A DNA stretch of 64,000 bases from Marine Group II euryarchaeote MED-G38 (GTDB lineage: Archaea; Thermoplasmatota; Poseidoniia; Poseidoniales; Thalassarchaeaceae). A program made the translations under genes and the position numbers. Every line of letters begins with the position of its first letter. The first letter of the stretch is position 1. Below the pieces are notes generated by a model. It was not told where the DNA came from, did no database searches, and saw only the letters and a program-made list of their open reading frames with translations. This document shows, piece after piece, positions 51,465-60,433 of the stretch. The DNA lies in assembly GCA_002457145.1 (NCBI GenBank), contig NTJP01000002.1, positions 33,583 through 97,582 on the forward strand, given 5' to 3'.

Positions 51465-51780
51465 TTTGTGCCCCGAGGTGTAACGGCTACCTTCACAGTA
51501 TTACTCTGGCGCCTGACCCACCTCGGGACGTCTGTCGGACTGTGTGGTAGTCCCTTGATTCATTCCTTTCAGTCCTCAGGGGACCTATCACAATCCGGCC
51601 ACTTGTTTTGCTCCATAATTCATTCCTATACGGTCTTCATGGTCTTCGACAAGTGGTTTCCCAAACGTGGTACCATAATTCATTCTCTTCCTCCGGCGTG
51701 GTGGTTTCGTCATCATGGTGTTGCCGTTTGGGCATTTAATCCTCGACTACTTCATTCAAGAATGTCTCGGTCAATGGTAA
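51465..51780. ncRNA. candidate structured non-coding RNA (SRP RNA or RNase P RNA class not resolved), GC-rich, contains 3 diverged ~60 bp tandem units
   Basis: Gap between two minus-strand genes. GC content is visibly above the flanks. Perfect inverted repeat CCCGAGGTG (51472-51480) / CACCTCGGG (51519-51527). Core ATTCATTC(C/T) at 51558, 51618 and 51678. TATA-like TTATATTT at 51458-51465. The only ORF (51450..51821 +) has implausible composition. Strand is undetermined. Confidence 0.35.
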
Positions 51781-51793
51781 AACAAAACTATCA

Positions 51794-54382
51794 TCATATC
51801 ATTATGCTTGTATCGTTGTAACCAGATAGTTTTTTAATTATTCTTTCTCCAACTTCTTTCTTCCCATCTAGTATTTCATCAATAGAAAAATAAGGCCATT
51901 TTTCCACAGGTTGTGCCAACCAACCAATCAAATTATGAGTTTTTCCGGGGAGAGGAGGGACATTCTTAATTGCATTATTTATGGAATTATATAAATCCAA
52001 AATAGAATCACTTATTATTGAATTTTTTATTTTTGATAATTCATTAATTATTCTAAAATCACATCCTGGATGGGGCTTTGATGACAAACCCGGAATAGGA
52101 CTTTTTTCTCCTTTAGGTCTTAATATAGTGGAGCACCAGGGCAAATCAATACTCAGTAGCCATTTCAAATCATCATCTTTAATCGCCTTCAGCAATATTT
52201 CTTGAGACTCAATAGCCCACCAATCTGATGGCATAGTATTAACTATATGTCGTATTTCTACTTCATTTAATTTCTTTCCTTTCAATATCATATCTAACAT
52301 ATTTGACCATATTTTAACATCATTAATGTCATCTAAATATTTATTTTTATTTTTTATTTTATGCATCAACTCATCTATTTTAATTAGATCATCATTATTT
52401 TTAGAATATAACCAATATACTCCCTTAATCGTATCCAAAGATTTAATTGGTGGATTTTTTAACCAGGCTTCTATTGCCCAATCTAACATATCTAGATGTA
52501 TATTATCTGGCAACCATGGCGCATTAGAAAGAAATTGTGCTGCAATCCAAGATACTCCTTTTGAAGCATTTTTTGATTCTATCACCGGCCTAGATCGCAG
52601 GAATATGTCTGGATCTTTTCTCAACTTAATCTTTAAATTCTTTGAATATAAATTAAGCACTGAATCTGGGGCCTCATTAGATACTTCGACAATTCTTTCT
52701 ATTGGTAAAAAATCTAGGTTCAATAATGCTAGCCATTCTGGATCAATTCGCTTTCGTAATCTTTGCCATCTTGGCCATCTTCCTTTATCGGGAGATGCTA
52801 TCCAAGCCGCTATTGGATATCTTGCTTCCATTTGATTTGCCCAACTCTCATCTCCAAGAGGATATTGCGAAATAGACGACATAACGACAGACTTATATTC
52901 TTCATCTAATTTTTCTTTTTCATAGTTATTTTCTATCTCAAATCCTAAAACTGTCCAAGGAGTGATATTTTCATTAACAGTTTTCTCTTCTATCAAATTC
53001 TGATATTCTACTTCTATGAGTTTGAAGGGTAACTTAACTCCACTTTTCGTTACAAACTCTAACCATGGCAAAGCTCTTTTCGTATCGACTCTTAGGGTAT
53101 CAAAGTCATTGAAATATATATTTTCATCTCCTATTATCAATAATCTTAATTTATTACATAGAGATAATTTTAGCATTGTATTACTTGAAATAATCTCAGT
53201 TAAATCTATTACTAAGTCTAGATTTTTATCAACTGATATGCTCCATTGTATTATCGAATCTATTGCATTTTTACCTAGGCCACGAGTTTCTATTTCATTA
53301 GAGTATTTTTTATCATCAAAAATAACATTATTCCAGTCTTTTCTAAATTTTCTCCAGGTTGAGTCTGATGTCTTAATTCTTTTTTTTGTAGATATTTTTT
53401 CTTTCAGTGAAATTAATCTCTTTTTCTTTTCTTGACTAGATATTCTAGGATGGGCAATTTCAATCCAATAATCTAGAACTTTTATTGGATAAATACTTTG
53501 ATTAGAATCTATTCCTCTTAAATCACCTATTACTATTGAGTTTCCTTTAGCGGTCCTCAGTAACATTGATTTGTACAAATTATCATTCATTAACGCCACT
53601 AGAGGATTTTTCGGCCTTATGTCAGGCGATAAATGATGACATACTCCTAATGTCCAATTTCCACGGTGATAACTATTTTCAGGTAAAGGTGGCTTAGGCC
53701 TAAAATCTGGAAGCTCAAACCATCGCCCTATGGGTATTGACATAACTTCTTCTTCATGTATCAATCTACCTCTTGCAATTCCTACAATTTGTGTACTATT
53801 AGAATATGATTCTATATTTTGGGGATCAATTAAGATTGGCCCTTCATCACTAATAATTCTTTTGTCCAAATCAAACCATGTCAAACCATCTTCATTTAAT
53901 TTGGCCCAACTCCATGACACCCCTTTATTTCCTCTGGAATCTGGTAATTTATCTGGGACTAATATCAGTGGTTCTTCTGGTTGTTGTAGAAATGCAAATA
54001 ATATATCCACTCCTTCTCGATATAATATGCAATATTTCCCTTTTTCATGAGGGAGAGGAAAAGCCTTTTCTATCTTAAACCATTCATCCATTTGCAGTAA
54101 TTTTCTACCTTTTTCTGTTAGTCTTATTTTCGCCCCTCTGCTCCCCATTTCTAGATCACTAGATACTAATTTTTCTCTCCTCATTCTCTTAATCTCGGCT
54201 GAAGCATGAGGCATCCTCAATCCTACCAATTTAGCTAATTCGCTTACAGTCTCTTGTCTTTCAACTAGCCTATTCATCAATCTAAGTCTATACTTACTTC
54301 GTATCTTCTTTGGTGTATTTTCTGCACCTTCCAATTCAGAATTTTTGAAATCTAATGACACTATTGTACGCCTCCGAATCAA
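51794..54382 (-). CDS. large (862 aa) protein with N-terminal winged helix-turn-helix domain, function unknown
   Basis: N-terminal ~100 aa (VSELAKLVGLRMPHASAEIKRMRREKLVSS...GAKIRLTEKGRKLL) look like an ArsR/MarR-type wHTH. The remaining ~760 aa are Trp-rich with no recognised motif. Confidence 0.5.
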   Translation of the reverse strand: MIRRRTIVSLDFKNSELEGAENTPKKIRSKYRLRLMNRLVERQETVSELAKLVGLRMPHASAEIKRMRREKLVSSDLEMGSRGAKIRLTEKGRKLLQMDEWFKIEKAFPLPHEKGKYCILYREGVDILFAFLQQPEEPLILVPDKLPDSRGNKGVSWSWAKLNEDGLTWFDLDKRIISDEGPILIDPQNIESYSNSTQIVGIARGRLIHEEEVMSIPIGRWFELPDFRPKPPLPENSYHRGNWTLGVCHHLSPDIRPKNPLVALMNDNLYKSMLLRTAKGNSIVIGDLRGIDSNQSIYPIKVLDYWIEIAHPRISSQEKKKRLISLKEKISTKKRIKTSDSTWRKFRKDWNNVIFDDKKYSNEIETRGLGKNAIDSIIQWSISVDKNLDLVIDLTEIISSNTMLKLSLCNKLRLLIIGDENIYFNDFDTLRVDTKRALPWLEFVTKSGVKLPFKLIEVEYQNLIEEKTVNENITPWTVLGFEIENNYEKEKLDEEYKSVVMSSISQYPLGDESWANQMEARYPIAAWIASPDKGRWPRWQRLRKRIDPEWLALLNLDFLPIERIVEVSNEAPDSVLNLYSKNLKIKLRKDPDIFLRSRPVIESKNASKGVSWIAAQFLSNAPWLPDNIHLDMLDWAIEAWLKNPPIKSLDTIKGVYWLYSKNNDDLIKIDELMHKIKNKNKYLDDINDVKIWSNMLDMILKGKKLNEVEIRHIVNTMPSDWWAIESQEILLKAIKDDDLKWLLSIDLPWCSTILRPKGEKSPIPGLSSKPHPGCDFRIINELSKIKNSIISDSILDLYNSINNAIKNVPPLPGKTHNLIGWLAQPVEKWPYFSIDEILDGKKEVGERIIKKLSGYNDTSIMI

Positions 54383-54435
54383 TCTAAATAGAATATATGT
54401 ATAAATTTATCTTTTATAATTACAATTAGTTACAT

Positions 54436-54450
54436 ATTTCCTGTGGAAAT
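54436..54450. promoter_or_regulatory. perfect 6-3-6 palindrome ATTTCC-TGT-GGAAAT (mini-ORB-like) in divergent intergenic region
   Basis: Seen directly in the sequence. Resembles the archaeal mini-ORB core TTCCAGTGGAAA with one mismatch. Lies between the 862 aa wHTH gene and the small wHTH gene pair. Confidence 0.3.
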
Positions 54451-54596
54451 TATAATTACTATCTTACATTACTATTTTATCTACGTCTTTTCACTAAATT
54501 AACGAAACAATATGTAACCAAATATTGTAATATCATACATAACCATTATATTACCCCCCGCTCTCCTCTTAAACATCCTTCGATTGCGGGGAGTTT

Positions 54597-54872
54597 GTGA
54601 GTTGGCTGTTGATAATTATGGACATGAATAATATTCGTACATCTATCAAAAAGTACTTGACCAAAAAACCTAGAAACACCGCTGAAATAACCACATGGCT
54701 ATCTAGTAAAAATATCTCTTCTAATCATGGAATAGTGGAGATTTTAGAATCAGATGCATCTATTGTTAGAATCGGTGTTGTCAGGAAAAGTGGCATGATT
54801 GATAAAAAACTACCACTTTCAGAATGGGCAACAGAAGAATGGGTACAATACCATAAAAGATCAGTAATATAA
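54597..54872 (+). CDS. small winged-helix-like protein, paralog A
   Basis: 91 aa; probable start MDMNNIRTSIKKYL. Aligns with the next ORF (IKKYLTKKPRNTAEITTWLSS / IKKFLDFKGEANTTEILEHVNS) and has a conserved Trp near the C-terminus. Confidence 0.45.
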   Translation: MSWLLIIMDMNNIRTSIKKYLTKKPRNTAEITTWLSSKNISSNHGIVEILESDASIVRIGVVRKSGMIDKKLPLSEWATEEWVQYHKRSVI

Positions 54873-54885
54873 AGAGGAAATTAAT

Positions 54886-55152
54886 ATGAGAACTACAAGA
54901 TTAAGGCAGAAAATAAAGAAATTTTTAGACTTCAAAGGCGAAGCAAATACTACAGAAATATTGGAACATGTAAATTCAACTATGAGACATGGCACTACTC
55001 CTCAGCAACTAGGAAATGTTCTTTCGAAAGATAAAGATATACTAAAAATATCTACCACTAAGAGAGGTGGAGCACTATCTGGAAGATATGAAATCTGCGT
55101 GTGGCAGCTTAGACCTGGAACATTTGATAATCAAAACTTAGGCCAGAAATAA
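54886..55152 (+). CDS. small winged-helix-like protein, paralog B
   Basis: 88 aa, 13 bp after paralog A, with a GGA-rich RBS-like spacer. Alignable to paralog A over most of its length. Confidence 0.45.
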   Translation: MRTTRLRQKIKKFLDFKGEANTTEILEHVNSTMRHGTTPQQLGNVLSKDKDILKISTTKRGGALSGRYEICVWQLRPGTFDNQNLGQK

Positions 55153-55159
55153 ATAATTT

Positions 55160-56167
55160 TTATTCCAATTCTAATTCCCACTTGCCGTATCTTGCCCTAT
55201 GATTCATTTCTGCTCTTTTTATGAATGCATTTTGACTAGATTCGGGAGTTCCAACTGCCCATTCCTTCAATGCCGATGCCTGTAATGCTCTGCCGTATGA
55301 ATATGATAATTCCCATGGATATTCTTTATTCATTTTATTCATTATATCCAAATGTGCTGTAGCGTCTTGATCACTCTGTCCTCCAGATAAGAATACTATG
55401 CCGGGTATTTCTTTAGGGACATTTTCAGTCAAGCATTGAATAGTCATTTCAGCAACTCTATTTCTATCTATTTGATTATTATTATTTTTTCCTGAAATTA
55501 TCATATTAGGCTTTAATAATGCACCTGGCAAATATACTCCATTTTTTTCACATTCTGCAAATGTTATATCTAATACCTTTGACGTAACTTCCATACATTT
55601 TTCTGCACTATGAGTTCCATCCATTAAAACTTCAGGTTCTATGATTGGAACTAGTCCTTCTTCTTGGCAAATTCTAGCATATTTAGCCAGTGATTCGGCA
55701 TTAGCCTTTATGCATCTTTCACTAGGATTGTCTTCATCAATTGAGATTACAGCCCTCCATTTGGTAAATCTCGCACCCATTTCAAAATATTCTTTACATC
55801 TTTTGCTTAAACCATCCAAACCTTCTGTTATTTTTTCTCCAAAACTACCTTCTAATTCTTTTGTTCCAGTGTCTACTTTAATACCAGGATAAACTCCTCT
55901 TTCTTTCAATGCAGTAGGTATGTCTACTCCATCATCCATCTTCTGTCTAATGGTTTCATCATAGAGTATAACTCCACTTATTGCCTTCTCATAATTTTTA
56001 GATGAAAATAAATTAACTCTATATTTTCTTCTATTTTCTTCTGTAGGTTCAATCCCAACGGACTCTAAGCGCTTTGACATTGTTCCATTACTTTCATCCG
56101 CAGCCAATATTCCTTTACCGGGTGAGACCAAATTATTTGCTATTTTTTCTAGATTTTTAATATCCAT
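55160..56167 (-). CDS. fba: fructose-bisphosphate aldolase class I (eukaryote/bacterial type)
   Basis: N-terminus KGILAADESNGTMSKRLESVGIEPTEENRRKYR is the classical class I aldolase signature. About 335 aa with Schiff-base lysine context. Confidence 0.85.
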   Translation of the reverse strand: MDIKNLEKIANNLVSPGKGILAADESNGTMSKRLESVGIEPTEENRRKYRVNLFSSKNYEKAISGVILYDETIRQKMDDGVDIPTALKERGVYPGIKVDTGTKELEGSFGEKITEGLDGLSKRCKEYFEMGARFTKWRAVISIDEDNPSERCIKANAESLAKYARICQEEGLVPIIEPEVLMDGTHSAEKCMEVTSKVLDITFAECEKNGVYLPGALLKPNMIISGKNNNNQIDRNRVAEMTIQCLTENVPKEIPGIVFLSGGQSDQDATAHLDIMNKMNKEYPWELSYSYGRALQASALKEWAVGTPESSQNAFIKRAEMNHRARYGKWELELE

Positions 56168-56224
56168 GGTATTCTCTAAAGGCCGCGAGTGCGATTAAGA
56201 AAATGAATCCATCGATATATTATC

Positions 56225-57211
56225 TCATATTTTTCTCTCTGATGTGATGAACTTATGTTCTTTATTCATTACATCAATAATTTCTGAATGGACAATTATT
56301 TTTTCTTTTCCAGACATATCGACTCCCTTGGTCCTCCCCTCACATACTCCAGTCCCAATAAAAATTGAATCATCCGAAGAACATAATTCATCCCTTTTCC
56401 ATAATCTTTCAATGTCTCCCTCTATCATTTTCTCTGCTCTTTCTCTATGTCCTTCATTTTTAAAAATTAATCTTCCTTCAAATGGAGCATCGAGGCCCCT
56501 TAATGCGGTTGCAGTTATCACTCCTTCAGGAGCAGCACCAATTCCCATTAACATATCTATGTTCGATTTAGGATCGGCAGCATCCAGCGCTGCAGATATA
56601 TCGCCATCACCAATTTTAACAATATTTACACTATATTCTTTTAATTCTTTAATTAATTGTTTATGCCTAGGCCTATCCATAACTACCACATTTAGTTCAT
56701 TTGTTCTTTTGTCCAACTTTGCAGAAGCAGCCTCAATATTATAAGATACCCCTGCATCTAAACTTATTTCTCCGAGAAGCTCATTAGGTCCTGAGATTTT
56801 ATCCATGTAACAATCCGGTGCATGGAGTAAAGTACCCCTCGGAGCTGCTGCTAATACAGCCATTGCATTTGGTAAATCTGATGCAACATGATTTGTACAT
56901 TCTAAAGGGTCAACGGCGATATCTATTGATAAAGCTCCTAATTCTCCTTGCATAGAACCCAAAGATTCGCCTATCCATAGCATTGGTGCATCATCACGTT
57001 CTCCTTCTCCTATTGCTACTCTTCCATCAAATGGTACATTATCAAATACATTCCTCATAGCCTCTACTGCAGCTCCGTCTGCGGCTTTCCCATCTCCAAG
57101 GCCTATCCAAGATGCTGCTGCAATTGCTGCTGATTCTGTCGCATCAAGAAAATATTTCTCTAAACTGTTTGTGCTCATATGTCTTCGCAGAGCATGGAGG
57201 CATTCAATCAT
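56225..57211 (-). CDS. glpX: fructose-1,6-bisphosphatase class II (GlpX type)
   Basis: ESAAIAAASWIGLGDGKAADGAAVEAMR and other GlpX blocks. 328 aa. Confidence 0.85.
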   Translation of the reverse strand: MIECLHALRRHMSTNSLEKYFLDATESAAIAAASWIGLGDGKAADGAAVEAMRNVFDNVPFDGRVAIGEGERDDAPMLWIGESLGSMQGELGALSIDIAVDPLECTNHVASDLPNAMAVLAAAPRGTLLHAPDCYMDKISGPNELLGEISLDAGVSYNIEAASAKLDKRTNELNVVVMDRPRHKQLIKELKEYSVNIVKIGDGDISAALDAADPKSNIDMLMGIGAAPEGVITATALRGLDAPFEGRLIFKNEGHRERAEKMIEGDIERLWKRDELCSSDDSIFIGTGVCEGRTKGVDMSGKEKIIVHSEIIDVMNKEHKFITSERKI

Positions 57212-57650
57212 ATGGTTGTTGTTTTATTTTTTCTAATATCTTTATTTCAGTTATTAGAGTATTTGGATATTGTCCATTAGAATCTTTCTCTACTGATTTT
57301 AACATATCCAAGGCACATAGTAAACCATTGCTAACTCCACACAATGCTTCCATCTCTACTCCTGTATTCCAATTAGAAATAACAGAAACTGTACACCTCA
57401 ATCCATTTTCTTCTATTTTCCAATTAACATTAGAGGCTTCTATGGGAATATTGTGGCAATGAGGAATCATTCTTGAGGTTTCTTTTATTGCTTGTATGGC
57501 CGCAATCGTGGAAGCTTCTAGTACATTACCCTTTTTTATCTCTCCTTTTCTTACTTTGTCTATTGATATTTTGCTCAATATCAATAACCCAGTAGCTATT
57601 GCTTCTCTTCTAACTTTTGGTTTATTACTGATGTCTACTATTGCATCCAT
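57204..57650 (-). CDS. moaC: cyclic pyranopterin monophosphate synthase MoaC
   Basis: 148 aa. MIPHCHNIPIE matches the conserved MoaC L(I/V)PLCH.I.L block, and ALCGVSNGLLCAL is present. Confidence 0.85.
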   Translation of the reverse strand: MDAIVDISNKPKVRREAIATGLLILSKISIDKVRKGEIKKGNVLEASTIAAIQAIKETSRMIPHCHNIPIEASNVNWKIEENGLRCTVSVISNWNTGVEMEALCGVSNGLLCALDMLKSVEKDSNGQYPNTLITEIKILEKIKQQPYD

Positions 57651-57727
57651 GATGTCACTCCAATAAGCCGACCATTAACTTAGTATTTTACTAATTATGT
57701 ATTAAATTATTAATTTATAATGTGTGA

Positions 57728-58150
57728 TCAACCCAAACCTTGCTTCCAAAACACTCCATCTTCTCTTACTTCTTTCTTCCAAAGAGGGGCCTGCCTTTTC
57801 AATTCGTCTATTAACCAACTACATGCAGCAAATCCTTCTTTCCTATGTGCAGAACCGACATGAATGCTCACAATTGGCTCCATCGGGTTAACTGTTCCAA
57901 TCCTATGTGCCAAAGAAACAGAATTAACTCCAAATTTATTAATAGATTTTTCTGCAATCTCTCTAAGTACTTTAGATAATTTTTTATCCCATGAATCGAA
58001 TACTAATTTTTCTACTTTAGCATATTCCTCTATGCCTCTAACAATTCCGGTAAATGATACTATACTACCGCAGTCTTCTTGATCGATTAATTCAAGTAAT
58101 TTTTCTGGTTCTAATTTTTCACTCTCAACCGATATCACAACTTTTGACAT
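57728..58150 (-). CDS. moaE: molybdopterin synthase catalytic subunit MoaE
   Basis: FTGIVRG, HRIGTVNPMEPIVSIHVGSAHRKEGFAACSWLIDELKRQAPLWKKE. Start is moved to the internal Met (MSKVVISVE); the longer ORF N-terminus looks spurious. Confidence 0.8.
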   Translation of the reverse strand: MSKVVISVESEKLEPEKLLELIDQEDCGSIVSFTGIVRGIEEYAKVEKLVFDSWDKKLSKVLREIAEKSINKFGVNSVSLAHRIGTVNPMEPIVSIHVGSAHRKEGFAACSWLIDELKRQAPLWKKEVREDGVFWKQGLG

Positions 58151-58229
58151 ATAACTCCCATTCAGCCCTTGGTCTTGAATACAACGGAAATAACCCAATA
58201 TTGAAATTAAGTATAACACTCGCAAATAC

Positions 58230-59456
58230 ATGACCGACCAAGCCATACATATCTTGGGTGCTGGTTTATCGGGCCTCTCTGCTGCAATAGTCTTGGCAAA
58301 TGCGGGCAAAAAAGTACATGTTTATGAGGTTAGGAAAGATAGCGGTGCGCGTTTTGATGGAGATTTCCAAGGAATTGAGAATTGGACGTCCTCTCCAGAC
58401 TTTTTTGATGAGATGAAAAGTTGGGGTATAGATCCAAATTCGTTCAAATCAAATGAGTTCAATGTAGTCGATTTAGCACACCCTGATGATGTGATTACTC
58501 AACCCAAAACAGAAAATATAGCGTTTAGAGTTGTAGAAAGAGGGACGGATGAACACTGTATAGATCAAGGTCTAAAAAAACTTGCACTAGAGGCAGGTGC
58601 TACTATTCATTACGGTTCAAAAAAATCTCCAGAAGAATGTGATATAATTGCTGCAGGCCCAAAGGATTCAAGTGCTGTGGCATTTGGAGAAATATTCCAC
58701 ACCGATCATCCTAATCATGTTACACTACAACTGAACGATAAACTCGCCCCAGGGGCTTATTCTTATCTAATAATCATAGATGGAGTAGGTCTAATATGCA
58801 CATGTCTTTGGCGTCAACAGAAAAGAAGTAGCCGTTATCTGAATGAAACTATTGCATGGTATGAAGAACATTACAAATTAAATAGAAAACCCATTAAAAG
58901 AGTCGGAGGAAAAGGAGATTTTTCATTACCAAATAAGTATTTTCATGAAGGCCGCTACTACGTCGGTGAAGCCGGCGGTCTACAAGATTTCATGTGGGGA
59001 TTCGGAATGAGATATGCAATAACAAGTGGGACTCTCGCAGCCCATAGTATACTGGGAAAATGTGATTATGAAGCTGAAATACGCAAGCGTTTAATTCCTC
59101 TAGTAAAATCAAGTGCAATAAATCGTTTCTTACTTAATAGAGTTGGAAATAGGGGATTCAAATTAGCCGCTAGATATTGGATGTGGGATCAGAAAAGAAG
59201 AGGAGATGGTCTAGCATTCATGCGCCGTCTTTATGCCCCTAGTATATTTCGAAATATATTATGGCCAATTACTAAGTTAAGTATGTTAAAGCGAAAAAAA
59301 TTGGATGATGGGCGAGTAGTAAGTAGGATGCCATTTAGGAAGGCATTAAAAAGAGATATTTGGGAACCAAGTGCTAAGGCTGTAAGTATCGGTAAACAAT
59401 GGGATGATATAAGAAAATCCGGTGCTAAGACATCTTTCACGGAATCAGATAGCTAG
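58230..59456 (+). CDS. FAD-dependent oxidoreductase (geranylgeranyl-reductase / flavin monooxygenase-like)
   Basis: N-terminal dinucleotide fold IHILGAGLSGLSAAIVLANAG. GEAGG (GD-type FAD motif) lies mid-protein. Confidence 0.6.
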   Translation: MTDQAIHILGAGLSGLSAAIVLANAGKKVHVYEVRKDSGARFDGDFQGIENWTSSPDFFDEMKSWGIDPNSFKSNEFNVVDLAHPDDVITQPKTENIAFRVVERGTDEHCIDQGLKKLALEAGATIHYGSKKSPEECDIIAAGPKDSSAVAFGEIFHTDHPNHVTLQLNDKLAPGAYSYLIIIDGVGLICTCLWRQQKRSSRYLNETIAWYEEHYKLNRKPIKRVGGKGDFSLPNKYFHEGRYYVGEAGGLQDFMWGFGMRYAITSGTLAAHSILGKCDYEAEIRKRLIPLVKSSAINRFLLNRVGNRGFKLAARYWMWDQKRRGDGLAFMRRLYAPSIFRNILWPITKLSMLKRKKLDDGRVVSRMPFRKALKRDIWEPSAKAVSIGKQWDDIRKSGAKTSFTESDS

Positions 59457-59477
59457 AAGTATATCATTAACATCCGT

Positions 59478-60371
59478 TTGGTTGAAATAATCAATCATAA
59501 TGCCATGGCCATGTCCTCTTGGCCCGAGCTTGAATCAATGCCCAATAATTTGGTAAACTATGGAGTAACTGATAATGGAATAGCCATAATTGAACTTATT
59601 TCGGATACTGATGGAAAACCTCTCTCTGAAGGTCGAACATCCGTCAATACCTACACTAGAGAAATGTGGGAAGACATCGATCAAGCAATTCTCAATGCTC
59701 GCTTCGATGGCGATGTTTCAGTTATACTTTTGATTGGGCATGGTGAAAAATTCTTTTCAGCAGGAGCAAGTATAAACTATCTAAACACATTGTCACCAAG
59801 ATATAAATATTTTTTCTGCCTTCATGCCAATGAAACACTTTCAAGATTGGAACAAACGCCCAAATTAGTCATAGCAGCTCTAAATGGGCATACTGTAGGA
59901 GGAGGCTTAGAAATAGCAATGGCAGCAGATATTAGGATCGCTCATAAAGGAAATTTTCAAATTGGATTACCAGAAGTTTCTCTTGGTGTTTTAGCAGGTA
60001 CTGGAGGGACTGCTAGACTTGCTCGTTTAGTAGGTAAAGCTAGAGCAATGGAAATAATGGTCACAGGACGCAAATTCTCCTTCGAAGAAGCAAGGGATAT
60101 GGATTTAATTCATGATATTTATGATAGTGTAGGTTTGGATGATTTTAGAACAGATGTATTAGATTATGCAGGACAATTCACTCTACCCTTAGCAGCTGCA
60201 AAGGCAATAGGTAATATTAAACGCAGCGTCCAAAGTGGTATTGAGATACCATTGGAATATCATTTGGCTCTAGAAAGAGAATTACAATCAGACTTGTTTC
60301 AATCCGAAGACGCAAAAGAAGGAATCGCATCTTACGTTGAAAGAAGAACTCCTAGATTCAAAGGTAAGTAA
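59478..60371 (+). CDS. enoyl-CoA hydratase/isomerase (crotonase family)
   Basis: FFSAGASINYL and AALNGHTVGGGLEIAMAADIRIA oxyanion-hole blocks. Confidence 0.85.
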   Translation: MVEIINHNAMAMSSWPELESMPNNLVNYGVTDNGIAIIELISDTDGKPLSEGRTSVNTYTREMWEDIDQAILNARFDGDVSVILLIGHGEKFFSAGASINYLNTLSPRYKYFFCLHANETLSRLEQTPKLVIAALNGHTVGGGLEIAMAADIRIAHKGNFQIGLPEVSLGVLAGTGGTARLARLVGKARAMEIMVTGRKFSFEEARDMDLIHDIYDSVGLDDFRTDVLDYAGQFTLPLAAAKAIGNIKRSVQSGIEIPLEYHLALERELQSDLFQSEDAKEGIASYVERRTPRFKGK

Positions 60372-60433
60372 TTTTTTTAATATTGTTATTTTTAGATACA
60401 TTTATTCATATACTAATTGTGTATCGGCATTTT

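Noticed and set aside
51540-51720. Possible mini-CRISPR array (three repeats at 60 bp spacing)
   Set aside because: The conserved core is only ~11-13 nt and degenerate, there are only three units, and no cas genes lie nearby. That is not CRISPR-like.
51450-51821. 123 aa plus-strand ORF spanning the GC-rich intergenic block
   Set aside because: Its composition is implausible (His/Trp/Phe/Ser-rich). Its internal repeat IIHS(Y/L/F) is just the DNA tandem repeat translated. It is the only ORF on either strand in this region. A structured-RNA or repeat explanation fits better.
57728-58309. Full-length 193 aa version of the moaE ORF
   Set aside because: The N-terminal 53 aa are hydrophobic and Cys-rich, unlike MoaE, and would overlap the divergent promoter of the FAD oxidoreductase gene. 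The internal Met gives a canonical-length MoaE.
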